Source: an uncultured Candidatus Rokubacteria bacterium
Lineage (GTDB): Bacteria; Methylomirabilota; Methylomirabilia; Rokubacteriales; DASRDR01
Direction of reading: 5' to 3'
DNA: 64,000 bases
Assembly (NCBI GenBank): GCA_963805625.1
Contig: CAWDVE010000010.1
Location: 1,376,001 to 1,440,000, forward strand
Shown here: positions 9,049 to 18,413 of the stretch, piece after piece
How positions within the stretch are numbered: position 1 is the stretch's first letter
How the letters are laid out: each line of letters starts with the position of its first letter
Notes under the pieces: model-generated
What the model was told of the DNA's origin: nothing
What the model saw: only the letters and a program-made list of their open reading frames with translations
Databases searched by the model: none
Position numbers and translations under genes: made by a program

Positions 9049-9340
9049 CTAGGAATTCGCGATTCCCGCCATGCTTGCGAACGCCGTCGGCCGCTGGCCC
9101 ATCGCTAGGCGTCCCGTGAAGCCGGAGCCGATGCCGATGTTGACGCGACCGGGCGCGAGAGCAACGAGACCGGCCACAGCCGCCGCGGTCACGAGTACAT
9201 GCCGCAGGCTCGAAATGAGCATGCCGGTGCTCAGCACGATGCGCCGTGTACGCTCAGCGGCGCGCGCCAGGGTCATCCACACGTCGAGTTGCAGCGCCGG
9301 CGTGTCATAGACCCACGCCCGTCGGTAGCCCAGCGATGAC
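9049..9340 (-). pseudogene. Truncated luciferase-like (LLM class) flavin/F420 oxidoreductase fragment
   Basis: SLGYRRAWVYDTPALQLDVWMTLARAAERTRRIVL...LAPGRVNIGIGSG is the N-terminal third of an LLM barrel. No good start, and it stops after about 95 codons. Confidence 0.7.
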
Positions 9341-9364
9341 GCAACCACAGGGATTCGGGCCCGA

Positions 9365-10168
9365 TCAGCGCGCGAACGTCGCACGGACCTCGCCCAGGCC
9401 CTCGATCGCGACCGTCACCTCGTCCCCGGATTCGACCCAGCGCGTCTCCACGACGCTCCCCAGCAGGGCGAACTCGCCCGCGCGAAGTCCGAGGCCGAGC
9501 CGGGCCCGGAGATTGGCAAGCCAGGCCAGCGCCTCGAACGGATGTCCCATGACGGCCCGGCCCTCCCCTCGTCCGACCTCGGCGCCGTTCAGCCGCGTCA
9601 CGCCCGTCAGCGCCGGCAGGTCGAGGTCCCGCCAGTGGATGACCGGCGGCCCGAGGACACAGCCAGCGTTGAAGAAGTCGTCGGCGATCAGCGTGGGAAC
9701 GTCGAGCGTCCGGTAGTCCCGGTAGCGGTCGTCGACGATCTCCATCGCGGCGAGCACCGCCTCCACGGCCGCCGCGACCCGCACCCGGTCGAAGGGTGCG
9801 CTCGCGGGGCCGAGATCCGCCCCGAGCCGGACCGCGATCTCGCACTCCACGCCGACCCTGACGTAGTCACGGTGACGGACGCGCGTGTGGCCCTCGTGGA
9901 CCGTGCTCGCGTGCACACCACCGGCACAAGGATTCTTGATTCCCAGATACGCCTGCATGACGGGCGTCGTGCAGCCGATCTTGTGGCCGGCGACGGATCC
10001 CAGCCCGGCGCCGGCGAGGAGCTCGTGGAGCACGTCCTGCACGGCGTACCCGTCGGGCTCGTCCCGCGGTCGGCAGTCCGACGGCAGCGGATCGATGGGC
10101 GTCCGCGCGAGGCGCTGGTCGCGAAGCAGCACGGCGGCACGGCGGTGACGGTCAGCTACCGCGTCCAT
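9365..10168 (-). CDS. 2-keto-4-pentenoate hydratase-like (FAA hydrolase superfamily)
   Basis: GHKIGCTT..MQ, VECEIAVRLG.DL, MEIVDDRY, IADDFFNAGCVLG, MGHPFEALAWLAN. Confidence 0.8.
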   Translation of the reverse strand: MDAVADRHRRAAVLLRDQRLARTPIDPLPSDCRPRDEPDGYAVQDVLHELLAGAGLGSVAGHKIGCTTPVMQAYLGIKNPCAGGVHASTVHEGHTRVRHRDYVRVGVECEIAVRLGADLGPASAPFDRVRVAAAVEAVLAAMEIVDDRYRDYRTLDVPTLIADDFFNAGCVLGPPVIHWRDLDLPALTGVTRLNGAEVGRGEGRAVMGHPFEALAWLANLRARLGLGLRAGEFALLGSVVETRWVESGDEVTVAIEGLGEVRATFAR

Positions 10169-10195
10169 GGCGTCTCCGTTTGGGTGCCGACGGCC

Positions 10196-11305
10196 TCAGG
10201 AGCCGCTGGTCGGATCGCGCGGGATCAGGGGCTCGAGTCGCGCGCGCAGCCGGTCGAGCTCAGCTCGGTCGTCCGCCCGAAGGGTCACGTGGCCGAGCTT
10301 CCGGCCGGGGCGAGGGGTCTTGCCGTAGAGATGGAGATGCGCGCCCGGAATCGCGAGGACCGTCGCCGGGTCCGGGAGCGCGCCGATCAGGTTCAGCATC
10401 GCGCTCATGCCTCGCGCCGCCGGCTTGCCGAGGGGGAGGCCCGCGACCGCTCGCAGGTGGTTTTCGAACTGGCTCGTCTCCGCACCCTCGATCGTCCAGT
10501 GCCCCGAGTTGTGGACACGCGGTGCCATCTCGTTGGCGAGGAGCTGGTCACCGACCTGGAACAGCTCGATCGCGAGAACGCCCACGTAGTCGAGCGTCTC
10601 GAGGACCCGGCGCGCGTGCTCCTCGGCCCGGGCCTGGAGCGTGGGGGCGACGCCGGACGCGGGTGCCAGGCTCCGCCTGAGGATGCCGCCCGCGTGAAGG
10701 TTCTCGACGAGGGGATAGCAGGCAGTCGCACCATCCTGTCCCCGGACGGCGAGGATCGAGAGCTCGCGGTCGAAGCGCACGAAACTCTCGAGGACCAGGG
10801 GTGCGTGGCCCAGCGCCGCCCACGCCCGCCCGACGTCAACCGGCACCTGGATGACGTGCTGTCCCTTGCCGTCGTAGCCGAGTCGCCGGGTCTTGAGCAC
10901 AGCGGGGCACCCCAGCTCCGCAACGGCGCGGTCGAGCTCGGCAAGGCTTGCCACGGGACGCCACGGCGCCACGGGGACGCCGGCCGACTCGAGGAAGCGC
11001 TTCTCGGTGAGCCGGTCCTGCGACACCTCGAGCGCCTGCGGCGGAGGAAACACGCGGCTCCGCGCCGCGAGTCGCCGCGCGGAGCCGACGGGCACGTTCT
11101 CGAACTCGTAGGTGACGAGCGTGAGCCCGTCCGCGAAGCGGTCGAGCGCCGCCGGGTCGTCGTACGCGCCCACGACCAGCTCGCCACCTCGGCCGGCCGG
11201 GGCCTCCGCTGAGGGGTCGAGGAAACGGCAGCGGATGCCGAGCGGATCGCCGGCGCGAGCCAGCATCCAGCCGAGCTGGCCTCCGCCGAGGACGCCGACC
11301 CTCAC
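10196..11305 (-). CDS. purK: N5-carboxyaminoimidazole ribonucleotide synthase
   Basis: [47 protein letters not shown] overlaps the purE stop (GTGA). Confidence 0.95.
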   Translation of the reverse strand: MRVGVLGGGQLGWMLARAGDPLGIRCRFLDPSAEAPAGRGGELVVGAYDDPAALDRFADGLTLVTYEFENVPVGSARRLAARSRVFPPPQALEVSQDRLTEKRFLESAGVPVAPWRPVASLAELDRAVAELGCPAVLKTRRLGYDGKGQHVIQVPVDVGRAWAALGHAPLVLESFVRFDRELSILAVRGQDGATACYPLVENLHAGGILRRSLAPASGVAPTLQARAEEHARRVLETLDYVGVLAIELFQVGDQLLANEMAPRVHNSGHWTIEGAETSQFENHLRAVAGLPLGKPAARGMSAMLNLIGALPDPATVLAIPGAHLHLYGKTPRPGRKLGHVTLRADDRAELDRLRARLEPLIPRDPTSGS

Positions 11306-11853
11306 GGACGCGGCGGAGCGACCGGAGGCGCCGGAGCCAGGCGCGGATCCGGAGCGTCGAGCACCGCGCGCGTCTGCCGGATACGGAAGCGCTCGACCGC
11401 CTCCCGGAAGCGCGGGTACTTCGTGCCCAGGATGGCCGCCGCCAGCAGCGCGGCGTTGACCGCGCCGGCCCGACCGATGGCGAGTGTTCCCACCGGGACG
11501 CCCGCCGGCATCTGGACGATGGAGAGCAGCGAGTCCAGCCCGTTCAGCGTGCGCGACTCGACAGGCACGCCGAGCACGGGCAAGGGCGTCTTCGCGGCGG
11601 TCATGCCCGGCAGGTGCGCCGCGCCGCCGGCCGCGGCAATGATGACCCCGAGGCCGCGCCGCGCGGCCGAGTCCGCGTACTCGAAAAGCAGATCGGGCGT
11701 CCGGTGGGCGGAGACGATGCGGACCTCGTAGGGAACGCCCAGCAGCTCGAGGGTGGCGACGGCGTGCGTCATCGTCTCCCAGTCGGACCGGGAGCCCATG
11801 ATCACACCGACCAGAGGGCGCGCGTGGCCGCGCTTCTTCGCTACTGGGGGCAT
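11302..11853 (-). CDS. purE: N5-CAIR mutase
   Basis: [36 protein letters not shown]. Confidence 0.96.
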   Translation of the reverse strand: MPPVAKKRGHARPLVGVIMGSRSDWETMTHAVATLELLGVPYEVRIVSAHRTPDLLFEYADSAARRGLGVIIAAAGGAAHLPGMTAAKTPLPVLGVPVESRTLNGLDSLLSIVQMPAGVPVGTLAIGRAGAVNAALLAAAILGTKYPRFREAVERFRIRQTRAVLDAPDPRLAPAPPVAPPRP

Positions 11854-11884
11854 CGGAGCGCTCCGCGCCGTAGTATAGCGCGGG

Positions 11885-12745
11885 ATGGGGCTCCTCCTGA
11901 TCGTCGTCGCCGCCATGACCTGGGGCACGACCGGAGCGACGATGAAGCTCGTCGCCGCCGGATCGCCCATGTCGCCACTCGTGGTGGGCTTCCTGCGCGT
12001 CGCCATCGCGGCTCCGTGTCTCTGCCTGGCCGCGCGATGGCTCGGCGGCCCGATCCGGCTTCCGGACCCTGGCGACCGCGGGCGACTGCTCGTGGCGGGG
12101 TTCGCGATGGGAGCCTTCCAGGCCTGCTACTTCTGGGGGGTGGCGAAGACCTCGGTCGCGGTCGGATCCCTGATCGCGATCTGCAGCGCCCCACTCCTCA
12201 TCACGGTGCTGGCGACCCTGTTCCTCGGTGAGCGGATCGAAGGCCGCACGTGGGCGGCCCTGCTGGCAGGAACCACGGGAGCCGCCCTGCTCTCGGCCGG
12301 ACCTCACGAGTTCTCGCAGCCCCCGCCAGGCTTCCTCGGGGGGGTGGCGCTAGCGCTCGGCGCGGGCCTCTCGTACGCCGCCTACGCCGTCGCCGTGAAG
12401 AGCCTCGTTCATCGCGCGCCGCCACTGACCATCGCGGCGCTGACCTTCTCGATCGCGGCCCTCACGCTTCTCCCCGTGCTCCTCGTGGAGTGGCCGAAGG
12501 CCGACGCGCGCGGATGGGCCCTTCTCGCCTATCTCGGGCTGGTGCCGACCGCCGTCGCGTACATGCTCTACGTGGTCGGGCTGCGGACGACGCGGGTGAC
12601 CGTGTCCGGCGTGCTCACGCTGGTGGAGCCCCTAACGGCGACGCTCCTCGGGGTCCTGTTCTTCGGCGACCGGCTCGGTCTTGGGGGCGCCGTCGGCGCC
12701 GCACTGCTGCTCTCAGCGGTGATGGGGCTCACGACCCGGCGCTGA
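11885..12745 (+). CDS. DMT/EamA family transporter
   Basis: About 10 hydrophobic helices in two EamA repeats (AMTWGTTG; LFLGER; [19 protein letters not shown]). Confidence 0.88.
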   Translation: MGLLLIVVAAMTWGTTGATMKLVAAGSPMSPLVVGFLRVAIAAPCLCLAARWLGGPIRLPDPGDRGRLLVAGFAMGAFQACYFWGVAKTSVAVGSLIAICSAPLLITVLATLFLGERIEGRTWAALLAGTTGAALLSAGPHEFSQPPPGFLGGVALALGAGLSYAAYAVAVKSLVHRAPPLTIAALTFSIAALTLLPVLLVEWPKADARGWALLAYLGLVPTAVAYMLYVVGLRTTRVTVSGVLTLVEPLTATLLGVLFFGDRLGLGGAVGAALLLSAVMGLTTRR

Positions 12746-13943
12746 CGGGCACGACAGCCTCCACGGGCGGGAAGCGGCACGTCTCCGGGACCGCGCTCGC
12801 CGCGCCCGTCTCCACGAGGCGGGCGACGTCGAGGCGCAGCTCCGCGGCCTCCACGACATCCGCGCTCGCGCGCGTCTCGGGGTGCTTCGGCACGAAGAGG
12901 GTGCAGCAGTCCTGGTCTGGCTCGATGGAGGTCTCGTAGGTCCCGATTGCGCGCGCCTCGCGGATGATCTCCTCCTTGTCGGTCCCGATGAGCGGCCGGA
13001 GGATCGGCATCCCGACGACCTCCGTGGTCCGCGCGATGTTCTCGAGCGTCTGCGACGCGACCTGACCGAGGCTCTCGCCGGTGACCAGGGCCAGGGCGCC
13101 GGTCTTCCGGGCGATCGCCTCGGCGATCCGCGCCATGAAGCGCCGATAGACTACGACGCGAAGTGGGGCGGGCACGCCGAGCACCACCTCCCGCTGGATC
13201 TCGCCGAACGGCACCAGCCAGAGCCGGGCGGTGAACTGGTGCCGCACGAGGCGCTCCACCAGCGTCCGCGCCTTTCGCTGTGAGGCGTCGGACAGGTACG
13301 GAACGGAGTGGAAGTGCACGAACTCGACCTCACAGCCCCGCTTCTGTAGACGGCAGGCCGCCACCGGCGAGTCGATCCCCCCCGACAGGAGCGCCACTAC
13401 GCGCCCGGACACACCCACGGGGAGGCCGCCGGGTCCCGCCACGCGGTCGACGAACACGAGCGCCTCTCCGGGCAGAAGATCCACCCTCACGGTGAGGGCC
13501 GGCTCGGTCAGGTTCACGCGCGTCGGAAAGTGCCGGAGGACGAGGTCGCCCAGCTCCCGGTTGACCTGGTCCGACGGCATCGGAAAGACCTTGAAGGTTC
13601 GGCGCGCGGTGATCCGGAACGACTCGAAGCTCCGCCCCTCGAGGAGCTGGAGCACGGCCGCCTGCACGGCCGGCCAGTCGGGCAGGAGCGAGAGCCCCAG
13701 CGCGAAGTACGCGATCCCGAATACCGTGGCGACCCGCTCTCGTATCCGCGGGAGATCGGCGTCCGGCTGGAGATCCATGACCAGGCGGCCCGGGAGGCGC
13801 CGGACACCCCGCACGCCGCATCCGGCCGTCGCCTGGAGAAGATTCCGCCCGAGCCGGCGAAGGAACAGGGGTCGATTGCCGCCCTTGAGGCTGATCTCGT
13901 GGTAATGGACGACCACGCACGCGAACGGCCGCCTGCCGGGCAC
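12729..13943 (-). CDS. thiI: tRNA 4-thiouridine synthase ThiI (THUMP + PP-loop, no rhodanese domain)
   Basis: HYHEISLKGGNR, GGLPVGVSG, LLSGGIDSPVA, TGESLGQVASQTLEN, PDQDCC. Confidence 0.93.
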   Translation of the reverse strand: MPGRRPFACVVVHYHEISLKGGNRPLFLRRLGRNLLQATAGCGVRGVRRLPGRLVMDLQPDADLPRIRERVATVFGIAYFALGLSLLPDWPAVQAAVLQLLEGRSFESFRITARRTFKVFPMPSDQVNRELGDLVLRHFPTRVNLTEPALTVRVDLLPGEALVFVDRVAGPGGLPVGVSGRVVALLSGGIDSPVAACRLQKRGCEVEFVHFHSVPYLSDASQRKARTLVERLVRHQFTARLWLVPFGEIQREVVLGVPAPLRVVVYRRFMARIAEAIARKTGALALVTGESLGQVASQTLENIARTTEVVGMPILRPLIGTDKEEIIREARAIGTYETSIEPDQDCCTLFVPKHPETRASADVVEAAELRLDVARLVETGAASAVPETCRFPPVEAVVPVSAGS

Positions 13944-13946
13944 GCG

Positions 13947-14081
13947 CTACAGCTCCCGCTCGGGCCCGCCGCGGTGCTTGGGGCGGCGCCGGTAGACGGT
14001 CGGGGGAATCTCGACCTTGGGCGGCTTCCGAGGCATCGGCTTCCGGGGCCGCGCCGGCCGGGGCGCCCTCTTCTTCGGCAC
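13947..14081 (-). CDS. Small basic protein, 44 aa (below ORF-track cutoff)
   Basis: GTG start; (M)PKKRAPRPARPRKPMPRKPPKVEIPPTVYRRRPKHRGGPEREL*. Fills the gap between the neighbouring genes with 6-nt and 3-nt spacers. Confidence 0.55.
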   Translation of the reverse strand: MPKKRAPRPARPRKPMPRKPPKVEIPPTVYRRRPKHRGGPEREL

Positions 14082-14087
14082 GGAGCC

Positions 14088-14912
14088 TCAGTACTCCGCG
14101 CCGGGGAACGTCGACACGCTCGCGTGACGTCCCGACGGTCGGTACATCTTCACCCCGCCCCATGCCACGCCGTCGAGGGCGCCCAGGATACCGTCGTGGA
14201 TGGCCCAGCTGCGGCCCCGGATCGTGCGGTCGAATCCGGGCCGACGGAACGCGGTGGACCCGTCGAGCGCCCGATGGAGCCGCCCTCCTGGCCGGAACTC
14301 GCGGTCGATCGTCTCCATGAGGTCACGGCCGAGGAGATAGTCGCAGCCGTGCCGCTCGTAGAGGAGGGCGGAGTGATAGAAGAGCGGCTCCACGAGGAAC
14401 AGCTCCTTGCCGAAGAGCCGGCAGAAGTCGTCCATGGCGTCCAGCACCCGCCCGAGGAGCCTCAGCCCCGGCCTCACCTGCCCGGGCGCGAGCCCGGCCA
14501 CGACGGCGCGGCGCTCCTCGGCGAGATTCCGGGTCATCGTGCCGAAGAGCGTGTCCTGACCTTCCTCGTCCCGGTCGATCCCGAAGCGCTCGGAACCCGG
14601 ATCGGTGATCTGGACGAAGGAGAGCTCCGGAACTCCGAACGGCCCGACCTCGACGTCCACCAGCACGAGCGGATCGCGGTCGTCGCGCGATGCCCGGAGC
14701 TCGACCCGTGCCCAGCTCTGCTCTGGCGGGGCGAAGATGCGGAGGAGGCGATGGCCCGCCCCGTTGATCCCGGTCGCCGGGTCGACGCCGAATCGGGCGC
14801 AGACCTCGGCCGGAATGAGCCGCCCGTAGAAAGCCTCGCGGAGCGGCGCCGGCAGCCCGTTCAGCTCCTGGAGGGAGCCGAGCCCAAGGGCGTCGACGCG
14901 CGCCTGCCTCAA
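14088..14912 (-). CDS. Hypothetical protein, possibly GNAT-like fold
   Basis: Normal globular composition; TTG overlaps the mobA stop. GLAPGQVRPGLRL...EPLFYHSALLYERHG is reminiscent of GNAT motifs A/B. Confidence 0.65.
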   Translation of the reverse strand: MRQARVDALGLGSLQELNGLPAPLREAFYGRLIPAEVCARFGVDPATGINGAGHRLLRIFAPPEQSWARVELRASRDDRDPLVLVDVEVGPFGVPELSFVQITDPGSERFGIDRDEEGQDTLFGTMTRNLAEERRAVVAGLAPGQVRPGLRLLGRVLDAMDDFCRLFGKELFLVEPLFYHSALLYERHGCDYLLGRDLMETIDREFRPGGRLHRALDGSTAFRRPGFDRTIRGRSWAIHDGILGALDGVAWGGVKMYRPSGRHASVSTFPGAEY

Positions 14913-15565
14913 CCGACCGTCCTGTCCCCACTCGGCGCGGAAGGAGACGACCCCCCCGCGGCTCCGGCCGGTTTCCGACCCCAGAGGGCGCGGGCACGCG
15001 CGAGATCCTCCGGGGTGTTGAGGTTCATGAACGCGACGTCCGGATCGACGAACCGCGCGACGACATCTGCCGGGACGCGAACGACCCGGACGTCGTCGAA
15101 GAAGCCGACGATCCTGAGCTGGCCTGCCAGAAGGCGCCGCTCCATCGCGGGGAGGCACGACTTGCCGTAGACGGCGTGGAGCGTCTGGAGCTCGCCGCCG
15201 GCGTCGGGAATCACGACGTCGGCCTCGGCTGCGCCTCCGGCAAGGTACGCCACGAGCGGAGCCGAGAGGAAGGGCATGTCACAGGCCACACAGAGCGCGG
15301 CGTCGCCCGAGGCAGCCCGGAGGCCGGAGTAGATCCCTCCCAGCGACCCTCCCTCCGGGAAGACGTCACCCACCATCGGAAGGCCGAGAGACCCGTAGAG
15401 CTCGGGGGTATTCGTGACGACCAGACAATCCGGCAAGACCGATCGCAACGTCTCCGCTATATGCTCGATCAGTGGGCGACCGCCGAACGGAAGGAGCGCC
15501 TTCGGGGACCCGCCCATCCGCCGGCTCCGACCGCCCGCGAGGATCACGCCGCTCACGCGGGGCAT
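14909..15565 (-). CDS. mobA: Molybdenum cofactor guanylyltransferase
   Basis: VILAGGRSRRMG..KALL, GSLGGIYSGL, VACDMPF, FMNLNTPEDL. Confidence 0.9.
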   Translation of the reverse strand: MPRVSGVILAGGRSRRMGGSPKALLPFGGRPLIEHIAETLRSVLPDCLVVTNTPELYGSLGLPMVGDVFPEGGSLGGIYSGLRAASGDAALCVACDMPFLSAPLVAYLAGGAAEADVVIPDAGGELQTLHAVYGKSCLPAMERRLLAGQLRIVGFFDDVRVVRVPADVVARFVDPDVAFMNLNTPEDLARARALWGRKPAGAAGGSSPSAPSGDRTVG

Positions 15566-15769
15566 CACTGGAACCGCACGCATGATAGCACCGGCCTGTC
15601 GGCCAGTCCCAGATTCTCCGACGGTCGCACGAAGTGGCAGGTGCGCCAATCCACGCTGTTGCGCAACAGCGGCCCGTCTACCCTCCGCTGAACGGCACCG
15701 CCCTCATCGAGGGCGCTGGCCGCACCGACCTGGTGAGGGTGGACAGCCGGCTGTCCCTGGCGGCCCGTC

Positions 15770-17143
15770 TCACGCCGCCGCCTGGATCTCCCGGAGCGAC
15801 CGGTCGTAACCCTGCACGATCGCGTCGATCTCGGCATCGCCGTGCGCGCTGGACAGGAAGCTATGGCGCGGGTGGATGAGCACACCCTCGCTCAGAAGAA
15901 AGAGGAACAGCGCCTGGAGCAGATCCGGATCCTCGGCCGCGGCATCGCGAACGCTCATCACCGGACCGTCCACGAACCGGAAGGCGAACAGGGAACCGAG
16001 GCCGCACGCCCGGAGCGGAATGCCCAGCGCCGCCGCCCGCGCCGGCACCTCCCGACGAATGCGGTCGCCCCGGGCGTTCATCGCGCCGTAGAGATCCCGG
16101 TGCTCCCGCAGGAAATCCAGCGTCGCGTTCGCCGCCGCCACCGACGTCGGGTTGCCGTTGAACGTCCCGCCGTAGGCGACCGGCGTGCGCCCCGCCTTCT
16201 TCGCATCGGGTACAGACATGAGCCGCATGAGGTCCCGCGATCCGGCAACCGCGCCGAAGGGGAAGCCGCCGCCCAGGATCTTGCCGAACGTGGCGAGGTC
16301 GGCGCGGATCCCATAGTGCTCCTGCGCTCCGCCGAGGGCCACCCTGAACCCGGTGATGACCTCGTCGAACACGAGGACGACGCCGTGGCGGGCGGTGACG
16401 GCGCGGAGCCCCGCGAGGAACTCGGGTGTGCCGGGGATCGAGCCGGCCGAGCCCTGCACGGGCTCCACGATGACGGCGGCCAGCTCGTCCGCGTGGGCGG
16501 CGATGCGGTCGAGCGCAGCCCGATGGTTGAACGGCAGCACCATCGTGTTCGCCACCGTCTCCTCGGGAATGCCGGGGGACTCCACCGTGGCGACCGGCGC
16601 CTCCACTGGACCCGCCTCCCCGGGCTTGTACTGGACGCTCATCATGACCGCGTCGTGAATGCCGTGGTAACCGCCCTCGAACTTGGCGATCTTCTTCCGG
16701 CCCGTGTAGGCGCGGGCGAGCCGGAGGGCGTGGAGCGTCGCCTCGGACCCGGAGCTGCAGAACGTCGTCATCTCGGCGCCGGGCACCGAATCGATCACCT
16801 TTTCCGCCAGCTCCGTCTCTCCGGCGTGCGGCAGCGCGTACACGGTCCCGTTCATCAGCGCGCGCATCACCGAGGCGGTGATGGCCTCCGGCGAATGGCC
16901 CAGGATGACCGGGCCGAAGCCGAGCCGGCAGTCGACGTACTCGTGGCCGTCGACGTCCCAGATCCGGGCGCCGCGCGCGTCCCGGACGTAGAGGGGGTGG
17001 GGATCCGCGTAGCGGATATTGCTGGTGACGCCGCCCGGCATGAGGTGCCGCGAGCGCTCGTACAGCTCACCCGAGCCCTTCGACTGACGCGCGAGCCTCT
17101 CCTGCGCGACTCGCAGGGCGGTCTTACCGTTCAGAGTCCTCAT
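15770..17143 (-). CDS. Class III PLP aminotransferase, glutamate-1-semialdehyde aminomutase-like
   Basis: MPGGVTSNIR, WDVDGHEYVD, SGSEAT, FEGGYHG, FDEVITGFR, TFGKILGGGFP. The context is transport, not heme synthesis. Confidence 0.85.
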   Translation of the reverse strand: MRTLNGKTALRVAQERLARQSKGSGELYERSRHLMPGGVTSNIRYADPHPLYVRDARGARIWDVDGHEYVDCRLGFGPVILGHSPEAITASVMRALMNGTVYALPHAGETELAEKVIDSVPGAEMTTFCSSGSEATLHALRLARAYTGRKKIAKFEGGYHGIHDAVMMSVQYKPGEAGPVEAPVATVESPGIPEETVANTMVLPFNHRAALDRIAAHADELAAVIVEPVQGSAGSIPGTPEFLAGLRAVTARHGVVLVFDEVITGFRVALGGAQEHYGIRADLATFGKILGGGFPFGAVAGSRDLMRLMSVPDAKKAGRTPVAYGGTFNGNPTSVAAANATLDFLREHRDLYGAMNARGDRIRREVPARAAALGIPLRACGLGSLFAFRFVDGPVMSVRDAAAEDPDLLQALFLFLLSEGVLIHPRHSFLSSAHGDAEIDAIVQGYDRSLREIQAAA

Positions 17144-17180
17144 CGGCTCTCCTCGTGGTCTTCGTCGGATCGATGCCGGC

Positions 17181-17212
17181 GCCGCGGGCGGGGCTTCACT
17201 CCCGCCCGCGGC
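17181..17212 (-). other. GC-rich stem-loop downstream of the substrate-binding protein gene
   Basis: GCCGCGGGCGGG pairs with CCCGCCCGCGGC (12 bp). No U-tract, so more likely an mRNA stabiliser than a terminator. Confidence 0.5.
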
Positions 17213-17225
17213 ACGGCGGCAGGCT

Positions 17226-18332
17226 CTAGCCTGCCTTGTACTCGTTCCAGACCTGCGTCCACTTCTCGATGTTCGACGGCGCATCCAGCATCGTCATCTT
17301 GCCGATCGCGTCCCAGTTCTTCATGCCAACGGCGTTCACGAGTGCGCTCTGACCCTTCTGCTCGAGCAGCTTGATCGCCACCTCGCTGTTCACGGGGTAC
17401 TTCGACTTCATCGCCAGGGCGGCCTGGCTCTCCGGCGAGCCGAACGAGTTGATCCACTCGATCGCGGCCTCGCGGTGGGCAGCGCCCTTCACCAGCATGT
17501 TCCCGTCAACCCAGCCCGTCGTCCCTTCCTTCGGGAACACGAATCCGAAGTCCCCCCCGCCCGCGTCCTTGATCCGGTAGCAGATACCGGGCGACGGACA
17601 GAATCCGAGGTCACCTTCCCCGGACGCCATCGCCTTCACGAAATCCGACGACGCTGCCGTAAAGGTCTTGATGAGCGGGCGCTGCTCCATGATCTTCTTC
17701 TTCACCTGCTGGAGCTGGTCGTCCGTCAGTTTGAACGGCTCCTTGAACCCGAGATAGAGGGCGATGGCCGCGATGTACTCGGAAGGCCGGTCCATCTGGA
17801 TGATGCGGCCTTTGTATTTCTTGTCCCAGAGGATATCCCAGGACGTGAACTCCGGGACGGTGCCCTTCCGGTACACGATGGGCTCGGCCGACCATTGATT
17901 GGGGAACTGCATCATCTTGCCGTCGGGAAGCTTCCAGATCTTCAAGTTCTTCAGGGAGGACGCCAGCGTCTTGCCGCTCGACATCTTCTCGAAGTCGAGG
18001 CCCTCGATGAGACCGGCCTTGTTGTACTGCACCGGCCAAAAGCCGTCCGACATACTGATGTCGATCTGCTTCCCGCCGCCCTGCTTGACTTTGAGGTAGC
18101 CCTCCGAGTCGTCTTCGAAGTTGATCGGGTTGACCGAGATCCCCGTCTTCGCGGTGAAGTCCTTCATCAGCTCGGGTAGCTGGTATACGGACCAACTCAA
18201 CCAGTTCACGGGCCCCTTGGCCTGGGCGACTGCGGGGCTCGCCCCGCTCGCGGCCATGACGCCTCCGGCGACCGCCGCGGTGCCTCGCAGGAAATCCCGC
18301 CGCGAGACCGCTCTCTCCGAGTGCTGACCCAT
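17226..18332 (-). CDS. PotD/PotF-like ABC substrate-binding protein with Tat signal
   Basis: SRRDFLR twin-arginine motif, AVA-QA cleavage site, SWDILWDKKYKGRI, PKEGTTGWVD. Confidence 0.85.
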   Translation of the reverse strand: MGQHSERAVSRRDFLRGTAAVAGGVMAASGASPAVAQAKGPVNWLSWSVYQLPELMKDFTAKTGISVNPINFEDDSEGYLKVKQGGGKQIDISMSDGFWPVQYNKAGLIEGLDFEKMSSGKTLASSLKNLKIWKLPDGKMMQFPNQWSAEPIVYRKGTVPEFTSWDILWDKKYKGRIIQMDRPSEYIAAIALYLGFKEPFKLTDDQLQQVKKKIMEQRPLIKTFTAASSDFVKAMASGEGDLGFCPSPGICYRIKDAGGGDFGFVFPKEGTTGWVDGNMLVKGAAHREAAIEWINSFGSPESQAALAMKSKYPVNSEVAIKLLEQKGQSALVNAVGMKNWDAIGKMTMLDAPSNIEKWTQVWNEYKAG

Positions 18333-18413
18333 ATAGGCCTCCTTGTGTTGAGGGTGATCCTGGATCCCCGCCACCCCGGCCCGGGGGCCGGAAGCCGCGC
18401 GCCCCCGCCCCGC

